Assembly (NCBI RefSeq): GCF_964194155.1 | Contig: NC_135889.1 | Span: 34,038,001-34,102,000, forward strand | DNA: 64,000 nt | DNA from: Cetorhinus maximus | Lineage: Eukaryota | Reading direction: 5' to 3' | Shown here: positions 12,955 through 25,419 of the stretch, piece after piece | Position numbering within the stretch: position 1 is the first letter of the stretch | Layout of the letters: every line of letters begins with the position of its first letter | The notes under the pieces: model-generated | What the model was told of the DNA's origin: nothing | The model's input: the letters and a program-made list of their open reading frames with translations, nothing else | Database searches by the model: none | Translations under genes and position numbers: made by a program

Positions 12955-13016
12955 AGGCCCTATTTTAACTGACTCGAAACCCATTGACATAGTGACACAG
13001 AGTTAAAATGCAGCCC
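12955..13016. mobile_element. 62-bp MITE with 16-bp imperfect TIRs and 3-bp TSD (Harbinger-like)
   Basis: ATA|AGGCCCTATTTTAACT...AGTTAAAATGCAGCCC|ATA. Confidence 0.55.
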
Positions 13017-13850
13017 ATAATGTCAAATTCTACAACAATTCAAAAAGGCAATTTTAGGAATCCTTAATTTCAATTTTTTAAATTCCAAAATGTATTAATT
13101 GTGTAAATTTGGTCAACACAATTCATGTCACCATAAATTAAAGTACTTTAAGCATGTTAAGGAATGCAGCATTTAAATGCTCTTTACTTTAGACAGCCTT
13201 CGTGGTAATTCTTTTGTTTCCCGATTGTATATCTCCAATATAACATAATATATATTTTAAAAGACCAAGAATGCAGTATAGTGTTTAACATAGTGGGCTA
13301 TGGAGCGATTGACAATCAGGTGCTAATTATCACCCTAAAAGATATTTCCAATTTCAACTGAGCTGTTAAAGAGTGCTGCTGAGCAGAGGCCAAAAAGTGC
13401 ATCTTTTAAGCCAAAAGAAGTAAAAAAAGACAAGTCACTGTTGGACAGCTCCCACACACTTCCTTACAACTAGTTATCACTATCAGCAAATGCTGGAGAG
13501 TGATTTCCTTTCCAAATATGATAGTTTATAGTGGTAAGAGACGGGTGGAGAATTGAAAAGAAAATGGAAAAAAAAATTATTGGCAGCCTTGGCATAATAT
13601 GGAAGGGTTTTCAGGAATATGTAGCTAAAGAATTATGCAGTAATTATTGAACTTGGTAGCTATTTTTATGGGCCAGTGAAAAATTGTCTGAAGTGCTGCT
13701 ACCTGAACCTCAAAAATAATAACAGAACTTTCGCTTACTATCCAACTCCCAACTGCCCCCCCAAAAATGTTGCTTTACATACAGTTTTTTGTCATAAATA
13801 TTTTGTTGTCTTGAACTAAAAGACAAACTCAGATTACAACAAATTATGGC

Positions 13851-14026
13851 GTTAACGTTTCGAGTCCGTATGACTCTCCTTCAGAGCTTCAGTTCTGATG
13901 AAGAGTCATACGGACTCAAAACATTAACCCTGTTTCTTTCTCCACAGGTGCTGCCAGATCTGCTGAATTCTTCCAGCATTTTTTGTTTTTATTTCAGATT
14001 TCCAGCATCCGCAATATTTTGCTTTT
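13851..14026. mobile_element. Penelope terminal repeat with a short inverted copy; two back-to-back hammerhead-like motifs
   Basis: Arms 13851-13888 and 13891-13928 are reverse complements (33/38); CTGATGA-A-GAGTC-ATACG-GACTC; then the family tail tccacaggtgctgccagatctgctga... Confidence 0.85.
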
Positions 14027-14075
14027 ACAACAAATTATACTGCTTTAACTTTCAAGATTTGTCCAGTTAAATTAC

Positions 14076-14442
14076 CTTGCTGTGCCCATGCTAGTTTCTT
14101 CCCTTTTTGGAAGCAGACTGCTGTACCGAATGGATTTGGTCCCAACACACTTCTCAACCAAGCCTGTAGTTTATGGAAACAGAACATCTTGGAGAGTCTG
14201 GAATAGCCAGATGTGACTAGAATTGGTTGCCAGAGAGCCAGTTCGTGCACAGGGTAAATTACTTCATTCTGACCAATGCTTCCTTCTATGAGAAAGTTCA
14301 ATGCTTTAACTGCTTCTACAGATACCATACTGTCATGGGTTGTGTGGGCTGAAGAGGTGAGTTGCTCAGGGTCTAGTAGAAGCTCCAACAACTCTGACAA
14401 GTGGTTCAGAACAAATACCAGATGGCTATGGTCATCCATATT
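14076..14442 (-). CDS. TBCCD1: TBCCD1 coding exon 3
   Basis: ccAG|AAT ATG GAT...CAA G|GTAAT; HLSELLELLLDPEQLT...HELALWQP...NPFGT...GKKLAWAQQ; 367 nt. Confidence 0.96.
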
Positions 14443-14889
14443 CTGGATTATATAGAGATAAAAATAACAATTTTCAGCAATTTATTATAAAACATTTCAT
14501 TACTAGATTGTTAATATCCAATTAAATGTTTAAAAAACTAACAATAGAAAATGATCACAGCTTGGGATAGAGTCATGATTTGTTAAACAACAATCAAATA
14601 ACTTGGTGCAGACCAATTTATGTTGGCAATTTAACAAAGAAATGATGTAAGGATTGGTGGAAAAGAAAAAAAAAATTGCTGGTTTTCTTTGCAAGATGTA
14701 TTTTAAAATTACCAAATTGAGTAGAGGAAATTGATGCTGACATTGGGTAACAGAAAAAACACTGCATTTCCAAAGATTGATATTCCTCACCTCAATATCT
14801 AGAAAAAAAACACTCAAATGTACTGTTTGTGTTTACCATATGCACCACTAAGTGTTTGATAAAACATGAGATATTATATGCCAAATTTA

Positions 14890-16070
14890 GGTTACATGAT
14901 GTGGGGGTGGAATAGGAATATGCATAGCAAATTGCCCAAGAGACAGTAAACAAAGGTACTTTTAAAAGGTGTAGCTTCCCAAGTGGATTCTATCACAAGT
15001 AGGTGTCCCAAGTGTGTGTTACATCCTCTTCTGTTTATTATACACATTAGTGAACTGGATTTTGACCCAGTGACAATGAAAGAATGGTAATATATTTCCA
15101 AGTTAGGATGGTCTGGAGGAGGACATTGGTAATGCAATAATAAAATTTGTCAATGACACCAAATTGTACAGCAGACTTTAACAGGAGGATAAGGGATTTG
15201 GGATAGACTGGAGATAGATTTTTGCAAACAGCATTAAATACAGCCAAATATGAAGTTATCAACTTAAGTGGAGTTAATAGGTCATGAATATAACATGAGT
15301 GGGTGGTGTTTAAAGATAACAAATAGGGGAAAGCTGTGACAGTGACCAATGAATGTTCCTTCAAATCTTCCAAGGCAAACATTGTCTGAACAGTTTATGA
15401 AAATTAGGACCATAATAATTGGTTTATACAAAACTTTGGCTTAATTTAGAGTTGTGGGTCCAGTTTTAGTGCACACACTTCAGGAAGAATATTCTGACTC
15501 TTGAAACCATAGCTACTTACAGCACAGAGGGAGGTCATTTAGCCCATTAACTCTTTGCTATAGCAATGCAACAAGGACAATCCCCAGCCTGAGAGCACTG
15601 AGCTATAAAGAATGACTTGATGTGGCAGATATGTATCACTGGAGAAATGGAGAGATTAAGGCAATCTGATCCAGGTATTTAAGATGCTTAAAGGTAAGAG
15701 CAACATAAAAGTGGGTAGTGTATTTTGAGTTGATGGAGATAGGCAGAATAGGGCTACCCACATAAATGGAGGAACCATGGAAGAAAGTTAGGTGTCTGGA
15801 AGTTTTCCTTTTCCTAAAATGACTGACCCAATGGAACAGGATTCCAGAGGTAGCTAAGATTGATTCTTTACAGTCCTTTAAGGAAGCAATATATGAACTC
15901 AGGAAAAAGAGGTAATTGCAGCATGAGGGAGGCAACAGTAAATCATTTTGGATAATAATTAACAGGTCTGGGACCTATAATGGAACAATTGAGGATTTTT
16001 TTGTGAGGAACCTCAAATCAGCTACAGGAAGAGAATGGAGGCAAGCACAAATGGGTCTTATGGCTTTTTC
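14890..16070 (+). mobile_element. Old degraded CR1 LINE
   Basis: Remnants of GVPQ, KFVNDTKL and VQF motifs and a CR1 3' UTR. Confidence 0.6.
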
Positions 16071-16687
16071 TGGTCTTTGATACTCAAACAAAAAGAGGAG
16101 CTTAAAACACAAAGCCATTCAGGAACTGAGTTAAAGACTTAAAAGAAATACACCTTAAACTTGCACAATACATTTGACTAAAATTCATGTTTTACATGAA
16201 TAAACAGTGAACTGATATAATCAAAAGTATAACTATTAATACTGCAGGAAAATTTTAACTTTGTGAATAGTTATAATCAAAAGGCATCAATAAACTGCAA
16301 ATATTTATTTGGACTGAAAATGAGTTAGGTACTGATGGAAGATTTCAGCAGTAAACTAGCATGCTCCAATTGTGAAAGGGACATAGCGAATGAATAACAA
16401 TATTCCTATTTAGAACTATTAACTTTTTGGCATGCAGTTCCTAAAGCTTCATTGCAATTATTTACAAGTCAGTTTTCACATTGGGGAATGCAGAATTACA
16501 TCTTGACGTACTTTGGTAGAGTTTCTGCTCATTACTGTAACTAGAACATCAAATTCAATTAATTCAAGTTGATATTGAGTGTTGAACAGCTTTTCGTTGA
16601 ACTCAAAAAATAGTACAATTATGAGAAATAGTTTCCTTGTTTGTGCACCATCCCTTATCTGCATATGAAGCATTTAAAAAAGCCTAC

Positions 16688-16837
16688 CTTGTTCTGAGAA
16701 TTAGATTTTCCATCCAGATCAGGTGATCGTGACCTGGGACTTGGCCATTCCTCTCCTATCAAAGATGTTCGTAGGGAAACTTTGTTCAGCTGCTGAACAT
16801 ACAAAAACAGCAGGAACTGCAGTGTGTCCACTGATAG
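16688..16837 (-). CDS. TBCCD1: TBCCD1 coding exon 2
   Basis: cAG|CTA TCA GTG...AAC AAG|GTAGG; LSVDTLQFLLFLYVQQLNKVSLRTSLIGEEWPSPRSRSPDLDGKSNSQNK; 150 nt. Confidence 0.96.
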
Positions 16838-18769
16838 CTGTGAGGAAACAAATGGCTCAATTTAGATTAGTGCTTTTTAAAAAAAAAATCGAATATATAA
16901 ATGTCTTCCATAAAGTATCTTGCAAACATAGAATGTATTAAAAGTAAAATGATATTTCTGAAAACTTTACAGCCTTTTATAGAACCTATTAAAGTACTAC
17001 TTGTTATTCCAATGCAGTTAACACTGAGGTCTTATCAACAGCATAATGCTGATTTCTTGTTTTTTTCCTCTATTTAAAGCTAATGTCATAACAAGATCCA
17101 TTGTAAAAACTGCTTGACGATTACAGGAAATTAGATAAACTTTTGAGTGCTTACATCTTATCCTCATGTAACCTTTTCTTCAATAAGATGCGAGTCCTGA
17201 TGGCCTCAGAGGACATGCTCTTGATCTCTCCCGAATTTTCTCATACCTACTGATATGGATATCATCTGATTTCCCAGCTTTTTATATTCGCAAGATACCA
17301 TGCCTCCGTGTGGCCTCCTGCCCAAAATACCTATCCAGTGATATCAGTTCATTCCTCAAGGGAGGAGCTGTCAAGATCTGCTGGGGCTGAGATTAGAAAA
17401 TCTTCTAATTCAACACCATTTTTAACCTTCACTTTTTTTGTAATGCAAATTCTCCGAAATGTGATTTTATAAGCACTGATTTGTAATCAACAAGATGTGA
17501 GAGGTCCTACAGTATAATTTACTGTTACAATCACAGTTAGAAATTTATTACTGAGGTGCCAACAGTAATTAAAAATACCAAGCCATTGGGTAATTGGAAG
17601 TAAGTCAATGCATCACATGGTAAATAGCAATCCCACATGGACCAGGAAGCTGTCATGATACCAGCCCTAATCTGTGTTCAGCATTGAATTAGGTTAAGGT
17701 TGAAGGACGAAGGCACCACACTGTGAAGGTTAACTAGGGACACTATAAATCAGTATAATAGATTTATTGTAAATTACAGCTTTTTACCAAGCCAATGTTG
17801 GAACAATTATTACAGCAGATCGTCTATCACTAACTTATGTAGGAACTCCTGGCTTTCATTCAAGGATTCAGATAAAAGGCAATTAAAAAACTAAGGAAAA
17901 TTGTATTTTACAAACTCAGCTGTATTATATTACTCATGAAGAAAGATATTTGAAATTTACATTGCATATTAAAAACTGAACAATTTTAAAATCCAATTTT
18001 TCATTACACTTGGAGCAAATTTCACTAAGTGAGCAAAACTTATGTGAACTCGCCCTTCACCATCCTATCCTACCGTTACAGTTCTTCAGCTAAGGTGGCA
18101 GCACACTTGATTAAAAATGTGTCCAGCATTACAGTTTTTGCTCCTCCACCAATGGACAGCAAACACAGTTTTTTTTGAGTTGGGACAAACATCCCCTAGG
18201 ACTCACTGTTCCATCTACTGGCCAAGACTGAATGAGGGAAACTTAATTTAAGTAAGAGTGGTGGCTGAGATTCAAACTGAATTACCTGTGACAGGTAGGG
18301 GTCAAAACTCTGGCATTAGAGATGTTTGATCACTCCCATTCCATTAGCTTTTTGAAACAGGCAAAAAAATATTGCAATGTCAATTGTGTAGAGAATAATG
18401 GATACCTAATGTGTTCACGAGGCTGTTTCTAAACAAAGAAATCTGGATTACGTTAGAAATCACAAAAGCAGTTTAGATCTATAATTGTCATTCCAATGTA
18501 GACTTGAAATCACTCACTGCATTGCTTTTTAATAAAACAAATGCACAATTTAGGGTATGCGTAGAGATGTTATCCATGTATTGTGCCAGCACACCCTGTT
18601 CATGCAATCCATGCTCTTAATGGGTGTTCTTTATATCACTACTCAAGGTTCATCAAGCACTAGTCAACAGTAAATTACAGGGAAGTTCTATGTCTAACTT
18701 AAAATGTAAAACTATAATTTCCTTATTGCACAGAAAAATAATTAATTTGGTACAAAAAAATGCCTATAC

Positions 18770-19105
18770 CTTGTATTTCAGTTTGTCAATTTCCTCTTCT
18801 GACCTGCAATGAGATACTGCCTCAGCCCACTCCAGCCTCTCCTCTGCAGTTCTCTCAAGAAGACTGTCAAATGTTTCAAAATACAGCCATGCCAAACATT
18901 CAGCCAGTTGCAACTTCCCACAAGCGATGTGCCTCCACATGGGCCAAGAAAGTCTGGGGTAGCCACCATCTCCTCCCTTTGTTCGAACGTATGTTGCCAT
19001 CTTTCGAAGGTAGTGCATACTGAATTTTGAAGGAGGTGGGATCTGCAAGACCCCAACAATGAAGGTTTCATATTTTACCCAAAGACGGACACTTGGCTGC
19101 TCCAT
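18770..19105 (-). CDS. TBCCD1: TBCCD1 first coding exon; spliced CDS totals 1668 nt (555 aa)
   Basis: MEQPSVRLWVK...QIPPPSKFSMHYLRK...WRHIACGKLQLA...EERLEW; donor AAG|GTATAG. A polypyrimidine/CAGCAG acceptor just upstream of the ATG implies a non-coding first exon further right. Confidence 0.97.
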
Positions 19106-19272
19106 TTCTGCTGAAAAGGAAATAATTTTATTTCACAGAGTTGGTTTTATGACAGCAATAAAAACTATAAGTCGCTTATATCTTAAACAATCAAGACTGA
19201 CTTGGTCTCATTAATAAAAATGCTCATGTGAAAACGCTGGCTTCATTCAGTTCCATATGATGGAGTCAGCTA

Positions 19273-20217
19273 TAGTAACGCTCTGCTTTAAGTCATTCTG
19301 CTTTAATTCTGGTCAGTTAATGAGGCACCTATTTGCATTTAGCATCAGGAATTTCATTTTGAAGTCATTTTGCACCAGCTCCGATGAAGGGCCAAGTGAC
19401 CAGATTGGTGCCATTCTGGAATGGCCTCTGCCATTCCCTGACTCTCCCACTCGCTGCCAACGCTCCTGTTCGTGGCCTCTGCCACTCCCTGACTCTCCCA
19501 CTTGCTGCCAACCCACTGGTTCACAGCTAAAAGCAAAATACTGCAGATGCTGGAAATCTGAAACAAAAACAGAAAATGCTGGAAAACCTTAGCAGGTCTG
19601 GCAGCATCTGAGAGAAACAGAGTTAACGTTTCGAGTCCATATTACTCTTCTCTGGTTCACGGCCTCTGCTGCTCCCTGACCCTCCCTCTCACCGCCAGCC
19701 CTCCAACGCATGCTTTACCCACTGCAAGTCGAAGCTGCCTTTTCCTGCCTCTTGCTGCTCATCTCTAGAGCCCTCACTCACAGAGAAGATTCAGGAGAGG
19801 GAAGCGGTGACTGAGAGAGGCAGAGAGCTGGAGGTTCGGCGAAATGAAGGGTCAAGGAGTGGGAGAGGGCATGAGCTGGAGAGAGGGAGGGAGTCAGGGA
19901 GTGGGATGTATGGTGAGCAGTAAGTTCAGCGAGCAGAAGAGGCAGCAAGCAGGAGGTGTGTTGAAAGTTAGCATATTTCTTTTATATTTTTAAATTCATC
20001 TTATTTTGAAAGTTATTTCTTTAACAATATAGGAATCCAGCAATATAAAGAATTTTGACTTCTAGGGCATAAATGTTTTTTTCTGATGAACGAGACCCTA
20101 CAGAACCTAACTATAGCTTTTACATTGATTTTAATGGGAAAATCTGATTTGCTTGAAGTTTCACTTAAAGTTGCATTTTCCAGGAACACAACCACAACTT
20201 TAAGTGAGGACTTACTG
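19273..20217. mobile_element. Tc1/mariner Tigger-like MITE with internal ~46-bp tandem units
   Basis: Right end ...CTTTAAGTGAGGACTTACTG|TA (TIR CAGTAAGTCCTCACTTAAAG); degenerate left end TA|TAGTAACGCTCTGCTTTAAGT; repeated tggcctctgcca(t/c)tccctgactctcccact. Confidence 0.6.
19528..19651 (-). mobile_element. Penelope terminal-repeat fragment inserted in the MITE
   Basis: Flanked by CTGGTTCAC(A/G)GC at 19516-19527 and 19652-19663; contains gttaacgtttcgagtcc. Confidence 0.85.
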
Positions 20218-21219
20218 TACTGCTAGTTCTCGTTTTCACCACCTGTCTGTATCAAACCAATGTCTATTCTTTCAATTTTAAGAATGAACAATCCAGCAAA
20301 AACACCTCAAAAATAGTTTACTTCAAAATATATTTGAGAGAATTGTATGGCGTTTTTATCCGATAGTTCCACTTTAACTATTTATATGTTCTATCATCTC
20401 AATGTTATCATACCCATGAACAAAGCTTGGTGGTACCCAAAAGATTTGCTCATTCACTTCAAACATTCACATTATCTCAGTGACGAGAAATTCACTCCAT
20501 GAACTTGATGAATCTGACCTATTAAAGTGATAATGAGCTCAATATGGAGTTACCATGGAATTGGAGGCAATAATCCCCAATAACCACTTCATAAAGCAAA
20601 AATGAAAAATCATTCACTAGTTTTCTTATAATTATTGTGTCTTGCATATTAACATAGGAGTTTTCATAGATGGAATTTTACACTGTAATGGAACTGCACT
20701 CTGTTCCTATCACTAATAATGGACCTTGATTTTAATAGCTATTGACTAGCAACACTGAAATTGCAATACATCAATCAGCCCTTGTGCCTCCCTGGTCTCA
20801 TTCTGATAGCTAGGCTGTTAAAAAACTGTTATTTGTCGATATATACCAAGCTTTAGCATAAGTAGATTGTGTGCAGATATTAAGTTGGATTATACTAACT
20901 TGCTAAATTTCTAAACTGTAGCCAGTGTTGATCCAAAACTTTTGGTAAAGCTGGCCCACCTTGACTGCTGGTTGCATTGTCTGAATGCCTTCAGTAAAGA
21001 GAAGTCAATCAGCACTTTTTAGACGGAGAAACCAAAAGCCAACGTTAATATTACAGAATACCAAGAACGAAAACAGCGAAGATCACACAAACCAAGGGAT
21101 AATGATTAGGCGATGGCAAACTTCAGCCTTCCTACAGTAGGGAGAAGGAAAAGGTGAGAAAGAAAGGGGTTCAACAGTTTTGAGGGTCAAAGTGAGTCTG
21201 GCCCTCTATCCAGCTCTAC

Positions 21220-21378
21220 TTGTCCCACCCTACCCTTAAACCAGCTTATATTTCACCTCTTCTATTTTTACTTAGTTCTGTTGAAGGGTCATTCGGACTC
21301 GAAATGTTAACTGTGTCCCTCTCCGCAGATGCTGCCAGACCTGCTGAGTTTTTCCAGGTATTTTTGTTTTTGTTTTAG
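21220..21378 (+). mobile_element. Solo Penelope terminal repeat with hammerhead-like motif
   Basis: Near-identical to 31520-31667; AGTT-CTGTTGA-A-GGGTC-ATTCG-GACTC-GAAA-TGTT-AACT at 21274-21312. Confidence 0.88.
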
Positions 21379-21682
21379 ATAAGAAACGAGTTGCCTTGAT
21401 TTAGGGAGAAGAAAAGCATGAACGTTTAGAAGTTTGCAGTTTAGAAGCAACAAGGGAAGTTACTTTAAAAAAAGTAAAATAAAACAGAAATTTAAAAAAG
21501 TGGGAGACAACGTGTTTCCTTCCAGCAGCAACACAATTCGCTCCCTAGGCCAGCGCTCGCATTGCCGCCAGTAACTAAACTCTTCCCCGCCTGGCAACAG
21601 GCATCGGCTCAATGGCTGCCACTACCTCCAAGAGTCAGATCATCAACACTGTGCTCCTTACCCGCTCCACTCGCTACTTACC

Positions 21683-21880
21683 TGCCAGCCACTCAGTCAG
21701 TCCCGCAGGGTGTCCGAGGCCAGCCTCCCAGGCTGCTCTCCCTCTAGCAAGCCATTCATTCCCACAGGGTGTCCAAGGCCAGGTGGCTGCTCTCCCTCCG
21801 GCTAGCCAGTCAGTCAGTCCCGCAGGGTGTCTGAGGCTGGGCTCCGAAGCTAGGCCAGGCGGCTGCTTTCCCTCCAGTCC
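21683..21880. repeat. Three ~55-65-bp tandem units within a CpG-rich unclassified block
   Basis: Unit gccagcca(c/g)tcagtcagtcccgcagggtgtccgaggccag...ggctgctctccctc repeated three times. Confidence 0.8.
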
Positions 21881-22823
21881 GCGGTTGCCCGCCCTTCAGT
21901 TTGTGCAGCTGCACACTAACGGAGAATCTGCAATGGGCGGCAGCAGGAAGAGCCTCAGCCCACAATCAATACGCGTAAAAGCAGCATCATCCTGCACAGC
22001 GGCTTGTCTAAGACTGTTCCACCTAAACACGGCTATAAACTGACAGACCAACACAGACAGAAGTATTGCACTCACCGAAACATGCACTTTCATAAACAAA
22101 CTCAGAAATGGCTACATAGCTGTGCAACTTCGCCAACACTTGGCAAGTTCGCTATTTGGATTTTTTTAAATGTTTTTTTTTAGGGCCTAGATTTGGTTTC
22201 ACCTTAATCTATTGTCTCCTCTCTGGCAACTGTTACGTTCCCAACTCAACCGAGGGTTTCGGTAGACGTACTCTAGTTTCTATTGGTCACCTGTCAACAG
22301 GAGACTTGCCATGATCTTACTGAATGGCTCTTATTTAGTATGTAGCATAATTGATACTAACTGGTCAGAATCATCCATTTGGATGGTGTATGTTAATGGA
22401 CAGAACTTTACTCTGCATTTTGTATGTATACACAACCTGTATGTACTGGGTTGACACTAGATCCAAAAGGTAGTACAGGTAAAGTGTTCCATCCTCTAGC
22501 ACTCAAATCACTCACCTTGATGAACACAAAAACGACCCCCCCCGCCCCCCGCCCCCAAAAATGATTTATTGCTGTGGCTCAGTTCATAGCACCCTCGCCT
22601 TTGAGTCAGAAGGTAGTGGGTTCATGTCCCACTCCGGGAAAAAAAAAGTCAAGAACTGTGAATGTACTCAGAGTTACATAGTTGTTGGGAAAGATTTATT
22701 CCAGACCACACAGCTCAATACTCCAAAAATGATTTATTTCACGAGACGTTTTATCAGTTAACAGAAAATGCTAGAAATATTCACAGATGCTGCCTGACCT
22801 GCTGAGTATTTCCAGCACTTTCT

Positions 22824-23382
22824 TCTTTTTTCATAACATTTGTAAAAGTGCATTCCAAAACGTTTCAAATCGAAAATTACAGAAATGTAATGTAATTCAA
22901 CTTTTATCCAAGCAGTATATGTTCCACTCTGAGATGCCTCAATACAATTTCAATAGTCTTGATATTCACAATACACATTCCATGTCAGGCATACAGCGAG
23001 TGGGGTTCTACACAGTGTCCAAGCCCTCGGAGTACTATGGCTGGAAGACCACAGACAGTGGCTTTTCCCCATTATGCCTCTGTGGCAATTTCCCCAAGCT
23101 TTAGTGTGTCTCTCAGCACATAGTCTTGGACCTTGGAATGTGCCATTCTGCAATACTTGGTTGAGGACAACTCCATGCACTGTAAGAGCAGTGAGTTTTA
23201 GGCAGACCAATGAGTATCTTTCACCAAATTGATGGTCTTCCAGCCACAACTGATCTTTTTGTCGGTGTGCGTCCCTGGGAACAGCCGGCAGAATACAGAG
23301 TCCTGCGTCAAGGAGCCACTTGGGATGAACCATGACAAAACCATTGCATCTCTCTTCAGACCTTCTTTACAAAGCCACATCA
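22824..23382 (-). mobile_element. 5'-truncated L1/Tx1-clade retrotransposon
   Basis: Minus peptide WFIPSGSLTQDSVFCRLFPGTHTDKKISCGWKTINLVKDTHWSA resembles Tx1 ORF2 C-termini; imperfect 16-bp TSD ATTTCCAG(C/A)A(C/T)TTTCT at 22808-22823 and 23383-23398. Confidence 0.75.
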
Positions 23383-23814
23383 ATTTCCAGAATTTTCTGA
23401 TTTTTTCAGATTTCCTGCATCCACAGTATTTTGCTTTTGTTTAATGTGTTAATGTTCTATTGCAATTTCACCTTCCCATATTTCAGTAATTCTGCCTACT
23501 TATTCTAACTCTTGTTCAGGGAGTGATCTAGGAAATTTGACTAAAAAGATAAAATATAAAATTGTACCCACTCCAGCATAACAATCTTTTCCTTCCCCTG
23601 CTTGGACAGTCCAGTTCATTGGAGGGTGATATGAATATTGATAGACAAGAACTGGCCCACAGTGATGCACAAGATTTAGATAAAAACAAAAAAAAAGAAC
23701 TTGCAAATACTGGAAATCTGAAATAAATCCAAAAATTCTGGAAATAGGTCTGTAAATCAGTATTCAATTCTGATGAAGGGTACACAACTGAAATGTCTTA
23801 ACTTTTCTTTCTTT

Positions 23815-24280
23815 TATGGTGGTGCTGTAGCTCAGTTGGTTGTACTCTTACCTCTGAATCACAAGGTTCGGGGTTCAAGTTCTGCTTCAGCACAAAAGTC
23901 AAGGCTGACACTCCTTTGCAGAACTGATAGAGAATTGCGCTGTTGCAGGTGCTGTCTTTTGGATCAGCTGTTAAACTAAAGGTTCCATCTGCCTGCTTGG
24001 TTGGATGTAAAACATCCCATTGCACTATTTTGAAGACAAGCAAGGGAGTTATCCCTGGTGTCCTGGCTGATATTTATCCTTCAATCAACAGAACAAGTAA
24101 ACAAATTATTTGGTCATTAGCACATTGCTATTTGTGGTAGTGTGCTGAGTGCAAATTGACTGTTGTGTTTCCTACATTATAACAGAGACTACACTTCAAA
24201 AGTACTTCATTGGCTGTAAAGTGCCTTGCGATGTCTAGTGGTCGTGAAAAGCTCTATACAAATGCAGGCCTTTCTTTTCT
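23815..24280 (+). mobile_element. Near full-length Deu-domain tRNA-SINE
   Basis: tRNA-like A box (gtagctcagttgg) and B box (ggttcaagttc), central conserved domain, L2-like tail (gtgaaaagctctatacaaatgcaggcctttc). Confidence 0.85.
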
Positions 24281-24364
24281 TTTTACAGATGATGTCTGAT
24301 TGAACAGCTAAATATATCTAGCATTTTCTCATAATTTTGCATTAGTCAGATGATCTCCCTGATA

Positions 24365-24770
24365 GGAACATAGGACTTAGGAGAAGGGGTAGGTCAAGAG
24401 GCCCTTCAAGCCTGCACTGCCATTCAATAAGATCATGGCTGATCTGGTTGTGGTCTCAACTCCACTTTCCTGTCCGTCCTCATAACCCTTGACTCTCTTA
24501 ACTATCAAAAATCTATCTAACTTTGCCTTAAATAAATTCAATGACCCAACCTCCACTGATTTCCGGGGAACAGGATTCCATATACTAATAACCCTCTAAG
24601 AGAAAAAGTTCTCACGTCCGTCTTAAAAGGGAGACCTCTTACTCTTAAACCGTGTCCCCAGGTTCTAGTCTCCCCACAAGTGGAAACTTCTTCCTGATAT
24701 CTACGCCATCATGATATAAACAGGATCTTATACGTTTTAATAAGATCACCTCTCATTCCTCAATGAATGA
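24365..24770 (-). mobile_element. CR1 LINE 3' end
   Basis: gaacataggacttaggagaagg...cattcaataagatcatggctgatc matches the 3' ends at 43262 and 58156. Confidence 0.85.
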
Positions 24771-24857
24771 TCCCAATGTGGTGACATCATCAATATTCAC
24801 AATTTAAACACAATTATTCCTGTACCAACACTGAAGTATTAGTTGGACTACTGTAAA

Positions 24858-25020
24858 GAAAGACTTCCATTTCTATAGCACATTTCATGACCTCAGGACA
24901 TCCCAAACAAGTACCCTCTGAAGTATAGCCACTGTTGTAATGTAGGGAATGTGACAGCCAATTTGCACACAGCAAGCTCCCACAAACAGCAACGTAATAA
25001 TGACCAGATCATCTGTCTTA
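24858..25020 (-). mobile_element. Deu-domain SINE 3' fragment
   Basis: Reverse complement of 24110-24280. Confidence 0.75.
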
Positions 25021-25419
25021 TTGCTCTGAATTGATTCTGATTACAAGCCTAAGGGCAAGAAGGACTGTGGATCAATTTAGAGCTATTATTTTGTTTATAA
25101 ATCTAATGGTGTATTTGAATGTGTTTACATAAAAACAAAATTCATTTGGTAAGCTACAACAACTTACATTTATATCAGACCTTTAAAGCAGTAAATTCTC
25201 CCAAGATATTTCACAAAGTTGTAGTAAGAAAAAAATTGGGGAGAGAACCAAAGTTAGATACTTATGAAGGTGAAGGAGAGGTGCATAGGCTGAATTTAGG
25301 GAGATTGTTATCGAGTGTGATAAATATGTGGCAATAGCAAACCTCAAACAATAGATGAGATGAGATCTCTTTTTATATATACTTAGAACCATAAGCGTAC
25401 AGCACAGAAGGTGACCAGC

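Noticed and set aside
19106-19113. Tandem CAGCAG acceptor before the TBCCD1 ATG (and the AAG acceptor at 10395-10393)
   Set aside because: Real but common variants; the NAGNAG affects only 3 nt of 5' UTR.
19400-19700. Short direct repeats suggestive of a CRISPR-like array
   Set aside because: Vertebrate context; imperfect contiguous tandem units inside a MITE, no unique spacers, no cas genes.
23815-23890. tRNA genes here and at 22565-22640 and 45055-45095
   Set aside because: A/B boxes are present but they are degenerate SINE heads without a complete cloverleaf.
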